Source: an uncultured bacterium
GTDB lineage: Bacteria; JAGOEH01
Direction: 5' to 3'
NCBI GenBank assembly: GCA_964632485.1
Contig: CAZWDO010000008.1
Location: forward strand, 1 to 64,000
Length of the DNA: 64,000 nucleotides
In this document: in pieces, positions 29,149-38,098 of the stretch
How positions within the stretch are numbered: the first letter of the stretch is position 1
How the letters are laid out: every line of letters begins with the position of its first letter
The notes under the pieces: model-generated
The model's database searches: none
Seen by the model: the letters and a program-made list of their open reading frames with translations, nothing else
Told to the model about the DNA's origin: nothing
Translations under genes and position numbers: made by a program

Positions 29149-31104
29149 TTAATTTTTAATCAGTTTCCCCTGGCGCGAGATAGTCCCTAATTGAAAATAA
29201 TAAATATAGACGCCGCGCATAAGTCCCGACAATTCTGACGGGTTCAGGGCAACATGGTTTTCAGCCGCAGCGCCGCGCGTTTCATACACGATTTGGCCGT
29301 TGATCGTATAAATTTGAATATGCCAGGGTTCAGCCTGGGGATAATCGTAAGGCTGATAATAGCCAAAGGTGATTTCATCGTGAAATGGATTGGGCCAGGC
29401 GCCGATCTGTTTATCGGAGAGTTTATTCACAGTAAACGTGAGGGTCGTGTCATCAACTTCACCGGGTATGACCGAAGGTATTTCGACGATCTCATATCCG
29501 GGGGCTTCAATATGTAAACTTAGGGATTGATGGATAAAGGATTCGATCACCGGCAGAGTGAATTGTCCAGCCGCATCCGATTCCGTGAGACTGATTACAT
29601 ATTGGCTGAGGGGTTCAAAGATTTTTATTTTGGCGCCGGCTAAGGGTTTCCCGCTATGAGAAAAGACCGTACCCTTGATATAGAGGAGATTAATCAGAGT
29701 GGAGTCAAATTCAAGAGTGAAGGCGCTGTTGATGCTGGTAGTTGTGGGATTCACCAAGCCGATAATCACTTCGCGATAGAGGCTGAGATTGGGGAAAATG
29801 GCGGGGGGGACGGCGCTCAGGGTTTGATTGAAAAATAGAGTATGGTACGAACCGTCAAACATCACGCCCTTAAAAAATCCCGCGCAATCGGGATAGTAAT
29901 GCAGGCGTAATCCGCCGTTTTTAATGGGTGTATAGACATAGTATTTGGTTGCCAGCGAATAAATAACGACGGGAATAGTTCCCGGCTGGGACCAGGGGAT
30001 CAGGTTCAATTCCGGATAATTGGAGCCTTCGCTGTAGAAGCTGTCGGCTCGGGTCTGAATACCCGTAAAAGTGTTCCAATAGGCGAATTGGATGAAATTC
30101 GGCGTAAACCCGCCCGGCAATACCGTTTCAAAACATTCCAGCGGCGTTCGGCCGGGGTGGGCAAACTCTTCCCAACATTGCCGAATCAGTTCGGGTGAGT
30201 ATTTCTCGCTGATATAAAAATTCCAAAGCGCTTTGGAATACTCGGCGCTACCGTTTGCGGTTGTCAATGAATTGTTGGGATTGTCGAAATAGGTATCCAG
30301 ATACTGATAGTAATCATTGATTTCATCATAAGCCATATCTTCCATCCAGGTGGATGATACTTCATACCAGTAGATATTGGAATTGTTGAGACCCGCGTCC
30401 CAGCGATACCCCAATTGCAGGGCATGAAAAAATTCATGAGCCGCCGTAACTTTAAGTCCTTCGATCCCGCTGGTTGAAAAATGCGCGGGATTATAGTCGT
30501 TATCGATACGAATCCAGGGGGTGCATTGGGCGCAACTGAGTTCATCCCATTCAGTCATGCCGTAGTATGAGCTGCTGAGTTCAAGGATGTAAACATCAAA
30601 TTGGGGGCCGTCGATGTTATCCTGTTTATACTTTTGATAGCCAAAGCTGTCGATTTCCAGATGATACGCATAATCGAAGATTTCGGCGACCTGTTCCACA
30701 TAATCCGGAATCTGGTTGGCATTGATATCGGCAGAATCCGGAGCATCCCTTCCCACGCGGGCATAGTGGATAAGAAAGTTACCGACCGGAGAGCTATAGC
30801 TATGGGGCAGGCCGCCGGGCCGGGTGTTCAGGACCTTACTCATGCGCGACCGGAAGGGTTCATCCACTTCATTTAGGTGTTCTTTAAGATAGGCGTTGAG
30901 GGCGAAACCGCTGCGCAGGGGACGGCGAAAGGGGGATGTCAGCGCCGCAGGCAGTTCCTCTGGCGCCCGCAAATCTAAAAATAAATTGTAGAGTCGTTCA
31001 CTTTGCGTGAGTTCTCCCCGTTGCCAGGCAGTTTCGATTTTTTGCCAGTCGGCCTGGACGGTAACCGATACTAAACACAGTACTATTATCCAATAACGAT
31101 ACAT
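29149..31104 (-). CDS. Secreted zinc metalloprotease (MXAN_6640-like) with T9SS-type CTD
   Basis: Signal peptide; TAAHEFFHALQ (HExxH) and WYEVSSTWMED; C-terminal WPNPF...IYTINGQ...GVYIY...GKLIK. Confidence 0.8.
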   Translation of the reverse strand: MYRYWIIVLCLVSVTVQADWQKIETAWQRGELTQSERLYNLFLDLRAPEELPAALTSPFRRPLRSGFALNAYLKEHLNEVDEPFRSRMSKVLNTRPGGLPHSYSSPVGNFLIHYARVGRDAPDSADINANQIPDYVEQVAEIFDYAYHLEIDSFGYQKYKQDNIDGPQFDVYILELSSSYYGMTEWDELSCAQCTPWIRIDNDYNPAHFSTSGIEGLKVTAAHEFFHALQLGYRWDAGLNNSNIYWYEVSSTWMEDMAYDEINDYYQYLDTYFDNPNNSLTTANGSAEYSKALWNFYISEKYSPELIRQCWEEFAHPGRTPLECFETVLPGGFTPNFIQFAYWNTFTGIQTRADSFYSEGSNYPELNLIPWSQPGTIPVVIYSLATKYYVYTPIKNGGLRLHYYPDCAGFFKGVMFDGSYHTLFFNQTLSAVPPAIFPNLSLYREVIIGLVNPTTTSINSAFTLEFDSTLINLLYIKGTVFSHSGKPLAGAKIKIFEPLSQYVISLTESDAAGQFTLPVIESFIHQSLSLHIEAPGYEIVEIPSVIPGEVDDTTLTFTVNKLSDKQIGAWPNPFHDEITFGYYQPYDYPQAEPWHIQIYTINGQIVYETRGAAAENHVALNPSELSGLMRGVYIYYFQLGTISRQGKLIKN

Positions 31105-31248
31105 GTATGCTCCTTGAGTCTGATTTATAGTAAAAATAGCGGTTTATCCGTGAAAAGTCAACCCCAAAAATTCAAAATTAATCCAGCCCGGTAAAAAAGC
31201 TTGACTTTCGCTTTAAAAATTATTATTCTAAATCAAATTTAGCAAAGG

Positions 31249-33156
31249 ATGAAAATGAGATTATACTGGAAGATTATACGATTTATTTTCCCGTTTTGGA
31301 AATTGGTGATTGTTTCCGTATTTTTGACGCTTTTTTTCATTTTTTTCGATAGTTTGTCGCTATGGGTATCCGTCGATCTGGTGGGTGAATTGTTCCGCCA
31401 GGAAGGTCAGCGTCCCGTCATTACCCAGCAGGCCGATTCACTTGAAGTGGCTGCGCAAAACGACAGCAAAAGCAATATGCTGGAATCACTGGGCTTAGGG
31501 AACGCTAACAAGTTCTATAAAAAAATTACCCTTTCGATCCGCGGCTGGCTGATTCGCCCCGATCGAATGAGTACACTGAAAAATATCTGCTTCATTATTA
31601 TTCTGACCTTTTTTTTAAAAAACATATTTTCCTATTGCCGCCGATTACTCAGCAATTATATCGGTCAGCGTATGTTGATCAATATCCGTAATTTTCTGGG
31701 TGAGTCCATCATCCGCTTGCCGTTAAGCTTTTTCGAGCGGCATCATTCGGGGGAGTTCGTTTCGATTGTCTTTAATGATGTAAATGCGATGAATATGATT
31801 TTGGAGGATAGCTTTTGAAAATTTGTGCTGGTTCCTCTCCAAATCACTTTTAGTCTTATAATTTTGCTGTTAATCAGTTGGAAATTGACATTGATTACTT
31901 TGTTGATTTTACCCTTGAGCGGATTTATGATAATGATGATCGGCCAGAGCATTCGTCGTCGCAGTCGGCGCGTTTTCAAGCAAATTGCCAATGTAACGGC
32001 CTTGTTCCAGGAAATTGTGACCTCGATTCGCATTGTGAAAGCGTTCAGCAATGAGCAATTTGAAACTGAAAGATTTCGCAATGCCAATATGGGGTATTTT
32101 AAAATGCTGTTCCGAGCCAATCGATTGAATTATATGACCTCGCCCATGAACGAGACGGTAGCTTCTTTGATAATGGTGGTTTTGCTCTGGATTGGCGGAC
32201 AGATGGTTTTTCAGGGGAATGAATTGTCTGCCAATGGTTTTATTCGCTATATCGTTTTTCTCCTCGCTCTCTTTAATCCGCTAAAGGAATTGTCGAAATT
32301 CAACAATGAGATACAAACGGGAATGGCGGCCGCTGAGCGTATTTTTAATTTGCTGGAAGAACCCCAGGAAACCTATTTGCAAGCGGGAGTCCGTCCTTTA
32401 AAAACGTTTGAGCGGGAAATCTGCTATGAACAGGTTTCATTCCGGTATCAGCCCGATTTGCCGGATGTTCTGAAAGAGATGAATTTAACGATCCATAAAG
32501 GTGAAATGGTGGCATTGGTGGGACCCAGCGGGGCTGGTAAATCGACATTGGTTGATTTGTTGCCCAGGTTTTATAATGCGACCAGTGGCGTCATTCGTAT
32601 CGACGGGATTCCTATTCAGGACTTTAATCTGGAGTCGTTGCGTTCTCATATAGGTGTTGTGACCCAGGATACAATTCTTTTCAATGATACGGTCCGTCGG
32701 AATATTGCCTACGGTATTGAGAATATCGATGATGAGACCATTATAACGGCGGCGAAAATCGCTAATGCCTGGGATTTTATCCAGGAAATGGAAAATGGAT
32801 TGGATACTATAATTGGCGAACGCGGGATCAAGCTTTCCGGGGGCCAAAAACAGCGTCTTTCCATTGCGCGCGCTGTTGTGAAAAATCCGCCAATCCTGAT
32901 TCTTGACGAAGCAACCTCCTCACTCGATACGGAATCGGAAAAAATGGTGCAGGCGGCTATCGACAATTTGATGCAAAATCGTACGGTTATTGCGATTGCG
33001 CATCGGCTTTCCACTATTATTCACGCCCATCAGATCGTCGTACTCAATCAGGGACGGATCGTCGATATCGGCCCACACTCCCTGTTGCTGGGACGTTGCC
33101 CTGATTACCAGCGGTTGTACGCTGTTCAGTTCAGCTCCCAGGCTAAGGATCAGTAA
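31249..33156 (+). pseudogene. MsbA-like ABC exporter (fused TMD and NBD) interrupted by an in-frame TGA at 31816-31818 (true nonsense mutation or base-call error)
   Basis: ORFs 31249-31818 and 31825-33156 share a frame (ILEDSF*KFVLVP); GPSGAGKST, LSGGQKQR, ILDEATS, IAHRLST. Confidence 0.8.
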
Positions 33157-33377
33157 CCGCGCTCTGCAGGGGAAACTCCCTCATAATGCAGGAAGCCCCT
33201 CACCCCACTAAACCCAAGGGCGAGGTGTACCCGCATGTTATTATTTCATAGTAGTTAGTATTCCGCGCTTGTTTTTTTACTGCATTCGGCGTTTAAAAAC
33301 TATTGACAAAAAGTGAAAATATACTTATATTGGCTAAAATTTTGACTTTTTGTTAAAATCCACAAGGAGGAATTTGT

Positions 33378-34643
33378 ATGAACCGTTTCTTTGGTGTCTG
33401 TGTGTTGCTGTGTTTGTGGTTCTCATTGACGTGGGGAGCCGGATTCGCATTGTATGAAATGGCTGGCCGCGCGACAGCGATGGGCGGGGCTTTCACGGCG
33501 ATCGCCGATGATCCCTCAGCCCTCTATTTCAACCCCGCCGGAATTGCTTTTCTGACCCGGCCGGCAGTCATGGCCGGCGTCCATTTCATCATGCCGCAAA
33601 CCAAGTTTACTCCGTCAACACCCTTTCCCGGGGGCAATGAGGCCGAATCAGAAAGTCAGACTTTCACGCCGATACATTTTTATGCGGCTTACCCGGTGAT
33701 GGAACGTTTATCCCTGGGATTAGCTCTCTTCAATCCGTACGGACTGGGATTGAAGTGGAAAAATCCCGAAACATTTACCGGGCGCTTTGTTTCCTATGAC
33801 GCAGCCCTGCAATACTTCGACTTTGCTTTTTCCGCCGCCTACCGGGTGACGGATTGTCTGGCATTGTCCGGCGGGTTGGACATGATTGTTGGTAGTGTAA
33901 AATTGAACCGCTATGTAGAGTTATTTCCTGAGAGTCCCAATTCAGAAGTGGGCACAATAGAGCTTTCCGGAACCAGCAAACCGGCATTGGGGTTCCATGG
34001 CGGCGCACTATATAAAAAAGGCCCTCTGGGAGTCGGTATCAGTTACCGCCATCAGGTTAAAACCGAATTCGAGGATGGCGATGCCGATTTTACGGTCGAT
34101 ATGACCAGCCCAATCGCTGGTATCGCGGCGCGCAATATGGTCGATCAATCAATCAATACGGAGATTACCCTGCCTTCAACGCTAGCCTTCGGCGTGGCGT
34201 ATCAATTAATGCCGGCCTTGCAGATCGGCGTTAGCATGAATTATGTTACCTGGTCCACCTTCGATAAACTGCCGATGACCTTCGATAGCAGCGCGATCAA
34301 TACCGAAGTAATTGAAAACTATGAAGATGTGATGATCTTTCGTCTCGGCGCGGAGTATGCCTTGAACGATGCCATGCGCCTCCGAGTGGGATATTTATTC
34401 GATCAGACGCCCCAGATAAAGGAATCCATGAGCTCGCTGCTGGGTGATGCCAATCGCCAAAATCTGGCGTTGGGCTTCGGGTACCGCTGGAACCGCATGA
34501 CGTTTGACGTTAATTATCTGGTGATTCTTTTCGAAGAGCGGGATACGTTTAAAAACGGCGTGGGCGTGCAATATGACCGTTTGAACGGTCGCTACAACTC
34601 CGTTGCTAATATCTTCGGTTTCAGCATGGGTTATACGTTTTAA
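33378..34643 (+). CDS. FadL/OmpP1/TodX-family outer-membrane transporter
   Basis: Mature N-terminus AGFALYE...AMGGA...ADDPSALYFNPAG; PYGLG; RLGAEY; C-terminal YTF. Confidence 0.9.
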   Translation: MNRFFGVCVLLCLWFSLTWGAGFALYEMAGRATAMGGAFTAIADDPSALYFNPAGIAFLTRPAVMAGVHFIMPQTKFTPSTPFPGGNEAESESQTFTPIHFYAAYPVMERLSLGLALFNPYGLGLKWKNPETFTGRFVSYDAALQYFDFAFSAAYRVTDCLALSGGLDMIVGSVKLNRYVELFPESPNSEVGTIELSGTSKPALGFHGGALYKKGPLGVGISYRHQVKTEFEDGDADFTVDMTSPIAGIAARNMVDQSINTEITLPSTLAFGVAYQLMPALQIGVSMNYVTWSTFDKLPMTFDSSAINTEVIENYEDVMIFRLGAEYALNDAMRLRVGYLFDQTPQIKESMSSLLGDANRQNLALGFGYRWNRMTFDVNYLVILFEERDTFKNGVGVQYDRLNGRYNSVANIFGFSMGYTF

Positions 34644-34677
34644 AGCGGACATCGTCTAAATGAAAGGATAGAATAAC

Positions 34678-35901
34678 ATGAAAAAATATTTATTGATAAC
34701 AGGTTTATCGGCGTTGATCTGGATGCTGGCGGGATGTAGCGCCAAGCAACCTACCGCCCCGCAACAACTGGCTTCCGATGCCTACTTCCATCGCTACGTA
34801 GCCTTAGGCAACAGTCTGACCGCCGGATTCCAATCGGGCGGGATGCGTCAGGACTGGCAGGCTGTGAGCTATCCGGCATTGATCGCTCAGCAACTCGGGA
34901 TCGAAGGATTCCAGCAGCCCTTGATCGCGGCTCCGGGTATCGGCACGAGCAAAACCGCTGAAGGATATCCCATGACGCCTATGTATCTGGACCCCGCTAA
35001 AGGGATCACCGCCGATCCCCTGACGGTTAACCCCCTGACCTTGCTGGTCAATGCATTAGTAGCGCAACCCTATCATAATCTGGGGATTCCCGGCGCCACG
35101 ACTCGCGATTTGCTGATGACTACCAGTAGCCAAAATTCTCAGGTTGTGGGAAATTCATTCTTTGATATGATCCTGCGCAATCCCAATTTAAATAACACAA
35201 CCGCTCTTAAGCAGGCGATTTTAATGTCCCCGGGTCTTGTAACGCTGTGGATCGGTAATAATGATATTTTAGGCGGCGTTTTAAGCGGAACCATCGTTCC
35301 GGGTACTACGGTTACCCCGTCCGCCTATTATCAGCAATTCATGGAACAAATTTTAGATTCCTTATTACTGCAAACCCAGGCTGAAATTTTTATGGCCAAT
35401 ATTCCGCCGATCACCGCCATTCCGTATGTAACAACCCTGCCAACTATACTGATCGACCCGGTCACCTTTCAACCGGTACCCGGTAATATCCTTCTGGATC
35501 TCCAGGAAAGCGACGTCCAGTATGTATTACTGTCGGCTATGTCCCTGATGCAGCAGGGATATGGGATTCCAGGCAATAATAAACCCCTGCCGGGGACAGT
35601 GACCCTGACAACCAGTGAAGCCGCATCTGCCCAGCAATTGGTAAGTGAATACAATCAATATCTGAGCGCTAAAGCGGCCGAAGAAGCCCGAATTCATCTG
35701 GTGGACACGTATCAGTTGATGGTTGATTTGGCAAATGGTTCCGTGAGTGGTTTATCCTCAAATTTTATCCTGGTTGATTCTCATTCGGCATTCAGCCTCG
35801 ATGGCGTGCATCCTAATTCAGCGGGATACAAACAGGTGGCGAATCTTTTTATTGCAAAAATTAATGAAGTGTTAGGCACCCAGGTCGTGTCGGTCCCCTG
35901 A
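34678..35901 (+). CDS. SGNH/GDSL hydrolase lipoprotein
   Basis: Lipobox LAGC; YVALGNSLTAG, NLGIPGA, WIGNND, DGVHP. Confidence 0.88.
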   Translation: MKKYLLITGLSALIWMLAGCSAKQPTAPQQLASDAYFHRYVALGNSLTAGFQSGGMRQDWQAVSYPALIAQQLGIEGFQQPLIAAPGIGTSKTAEGYPMTPMYLDPAKGITADPLTVNPLTLLVNALVAQPYHNLGIPGATTRDLLMTTSSQNSQVVGNSFFDMILRNPNLNNTTALKQAILMSPGLVTLWIGNNDILGGVLSGTIVPGTTVTPSAYYQQFMEQILDSLLLQTQAEIFMANIPPITAIPYVTTLPTILIDPVTFQPVPGNILLDLQESDVQYVLLSAMSLMQQGYGIPGNNKPLPGTVTLTTSEAASAQQLVSEYNQYLSAKAAEEARIHLVDTYQLMVDLANGSVSGLSSNFILVDSHSAFSLDGVHPNSAGYKQVANLFIAKINEVLGTQVVSVP

Positions 35902-35993
35902 GGCCATTAACGCGGAACTCTTTAAATTTTCCGCGATTAATCTGTTTTAAGCAATTTTCATTTATTCTGGTATATTTATCTGCATGAGTGTTT

Positions 35994-36020
35994 CAACGGC
36001 GCGGTTCGACTGCGCCGTTG
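35994..36020. terminator. GC-rich hairpin downstream of the GDSL gene (possible terminator)
   Basis: CAACGGCGCGGT-TCG-ACTGCGCCGTTG; the U-tract is displaced by about 12 nt. Confidence 0.45.
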
Positions 36021-36159
36021 CGATATGATGAATTTTTTTTTTTAAAAAAAAAATCTTGACAAGCCGCTGAAAATCATTTATTATTTCTTTAGCGAGGTTA
36101 TGCCCGCAATGTTGCTATTGTCGTGGAGACTGTTTTATGGCTCGTGAAAGGAGACCAGC

Positions 36160-36390
36160 ATGAAAGAATTGATCGTACTGATTGCCAAAACACTGGTTGA
36201 TAATCCTGATAATGTCAGCGTACAAAAAGTTGAGGGCGAAAGCACTATTGTTTATGAATTGCAGGTGGAAAAGACTGATGTGGGAAAAATCATTGGTAAA
36301 AAAGGAAATACCGCGCGCGCAATACGCACGATTCTCAATGCCGCCGGTCGTAAAAACAACAAACGCGTGATGCTGGAAATTATTGAATAA
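36160..36390 (+). CDS. khpA: KH-domain RNA-binding protein KhpA (UPF0109)
   Basis: MKELI..IAKTLVDNPD.V...DVGKIIGKKGNTARAIRTIL. Confidence 0.9.
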   Translation: MKELIVLIAKTLVDNPDNVSVQKVEGESTIVYELQVEKTDVGKIIGKKGNTARAIRTILNAAGRKNNKRVMLEIIE

Positions 36391-36411
36391 GTTTATTTAA
36401 TCCGAGGTTTC

Positions 36412-36446
36412 AGGATGGAATCTTCTGGATTCCATCCTTTTTTTTT
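36412..36446 (+). terminator. Intrinsic terminator after khpA
   Basis: AGGATGGAATC-TTCTG-GATTCCATCCT followed by a T-run. Confidence 0.85.
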
Positions 36447-36457
36447 AAGGAGGAATT

Positions 36458-37993
36458 TTGGCGGAATCCGTTTTGATTCTTGCCCCGCCGGTCGCCTCGC
36501 CCTCCGAGCCTCCCGCGGGAGCTCTTTTTTTTGCCAGTTTTTTGCAGGGCCAGGGGATTGAAAGCTATTTTTGGGATTTATCTATTGAATTTTTTAACGA
36601 GCAGTTGAAATTGTTGGGGACGTCGGCCCGTCACTTATGGCATTATTTTCAAACTCAGCCTCGATATCCGGCTTCTCGCTATAGAGGCGCCATGTTGAGG
36701 CTGCAGAAGGAATTTCAATCCGGATTTCGCGAATTTCCCGAATGGCATATCACATTTACGAATTGTAGCTACCGGCCAATATCTGTTCATCAACCCGGAA
36801 CTTTTTGGAATTTTTTAGCGGCGGGAGGTTTGACTCCTTTCACAGCGTTCTATTTACAGCGGGTGATTCCGCGTATTCGTGAATTGAAACCGGATGGTGT
36901 TGGAATATCCTTTACTTTTTTATCTCAACTTTATGCGGGTTTGGAATTAGCATATTATCTCCAACAGGAAAAGATTGACGTTAGCGCCGGCGGCGCGCTT
37001 ATAGACGCTTATCGCCGCACTGGCCAGCCCTTACCCGCCATTTTTCGAGAGTTGTTCGGTTTGACTGAAAATGATCCCCGAGCCCGGCTGGGCCATCACT
37101 ATTGGCCGGAAGACGCTCTCTATCGGCATTGGGCGGTTCCGAACCTGCTTAATCCCGTTGAATCCTATTTAACTCCAATCCCAGTGGTACCTCTGCTAAC
37201 AGCCAAAGGATGCTATTATCATGGATGTCGGTTTTGTCCGGATCGTGATACTCCCTATTACCCATTAGATTTGGATTTTTTACCTGAATGGATGCGCGAA
37301 TGGGAAAAGAAGAATTGTCAGTCCGTCCCGGCGATTCTCTGGCATATCATTGACGCCGCCATCCCCCCCCGGCATCTGCGTCAACTGATTCGTATTCGCC
37401 CCTCACATTACTATTATTATGGTTTTGTCCGCTTTGAGCCGGTTTTTGAGAACGATGAGCTGATGGCCGAACTGTCAACAAATGGCTGCGGAATGCTGCA
37501 GTGGGGTTTGGAATCAGCTTCCACGGCTATCCTTGACGCGTATCATAAAAACCAAAATCCGGAGAGGATTGCCGCTATTCTTAAAGCTGCGTCTTTAGCC
37601 GGAATCCGCAACTATCTGTACGTATTGATGGGATTACCAGGAGAAACGGAAAATGATCGGCAACTCACCTTAGAATTTTTACAATCCCACTCTTCATTTT
37701 TTGAGTATTTGAATCTTTCTTTGTTTAATCTTCCCATCCTGGGGAATCCGGAATCGGATGAAACACGATGGATAGTAGAATTCAGCCAGGAACCGCATTA
37801 TCAGGGAGATTTTAATTTTTATCGTTCCTGGAGCGAAAATGGTATGAAAATTCGTCACCAGGCGCGGCAATTTATTTTAAAAAAAATGCAAACGGATAGG
37901 ATTATCCGGTCCAAATTATTGCAAACACCGGTGGTACTACGCTCGGATCACGCATATTTTATGGAAGGCGGCCGATGGGATCATTTGTCGTAA
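36458..37993 (+). CDS. Radical SAM protein with B12-binding-like N-terminal region
   Basis: ILAPP...GISFTFLSQL...AGGA; GCYYHGCRFC; GFVRFE; WGLESAS; GLPGET; TTG start with SD AGGAGG. Confidence 0.8.
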   Translation: MAESVLILAPPVASPSEPPAGALFFASFLQGQGIESYFWDLSIEFFNEQLKLLGTSARHLWHYFQTQPRYPASRYRGAMLRLQKEFQSGFREFPEWHITFTNCSYRPISVHQPGTFWNFLAAGGLTPFTAFYLQRVIPRIRELKPDGVGISFTFLSQLYAGLELAYYLQQEKIDVSAGGALIDAYRRTGQPLPAIFRELFGLTENDPRARLGHHYWPEDALYRHWAVPNLLNPVESYLTPIPVVPLLTAKGCYYHGCRFCPDRDTPYYPLDLDFLPEWMREWEKKNCQSVPAILWHIIDAAIPPRHLRQLIRIRPSHYYYYGFVRFEPVFENDELMAELSTNGCGMLQWGLESASTAILDAYHKNQNPERIAAILKAASLAGIRNYLYVLMGLPGETENDRQLTLEFLQSHSSFFEYLNLSLFNLPILGNPESDETRWIVEFSQEPHYQGDFNFYRSWSENGMKIRHQARQFILKKMQTDRIIRSKLLQTPVVLRSDHAYFMEGGRWDHLS

Positions 37994-38098
37994 GTAAGGC
38001 TATATGAAACCTATATTAGTCAATGGTCCGGATTTGAAACAGCCCCGGCGGTATACTATTTATCCTACATAATTTGAATTTGAAAAAAAGGCGGATTT

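Noticed and set aside
16773-31818. Alternative genetic code, Sec or Pyl as the cause of the in-frame stops
   Set aside because: The three interruptions use different codons (TAG, TAA, TGA). TGA and TAG end many intact genes here (e.g. 7685, 24103, 40276; 19114, 40949), and the sites are not catalytic positions.
33157-33240. SRP RNA or another ncRNA after the ABC gene
   Set aside because: It lacks the SRP core motif and looks more like a degenerate REP-like unit.
36458-37993. Radical SAM as the maturase of the CxxG precursors
   Set aside because: It is 31 kb away, has no SPASM or RRE domain, and shows no contextual link.
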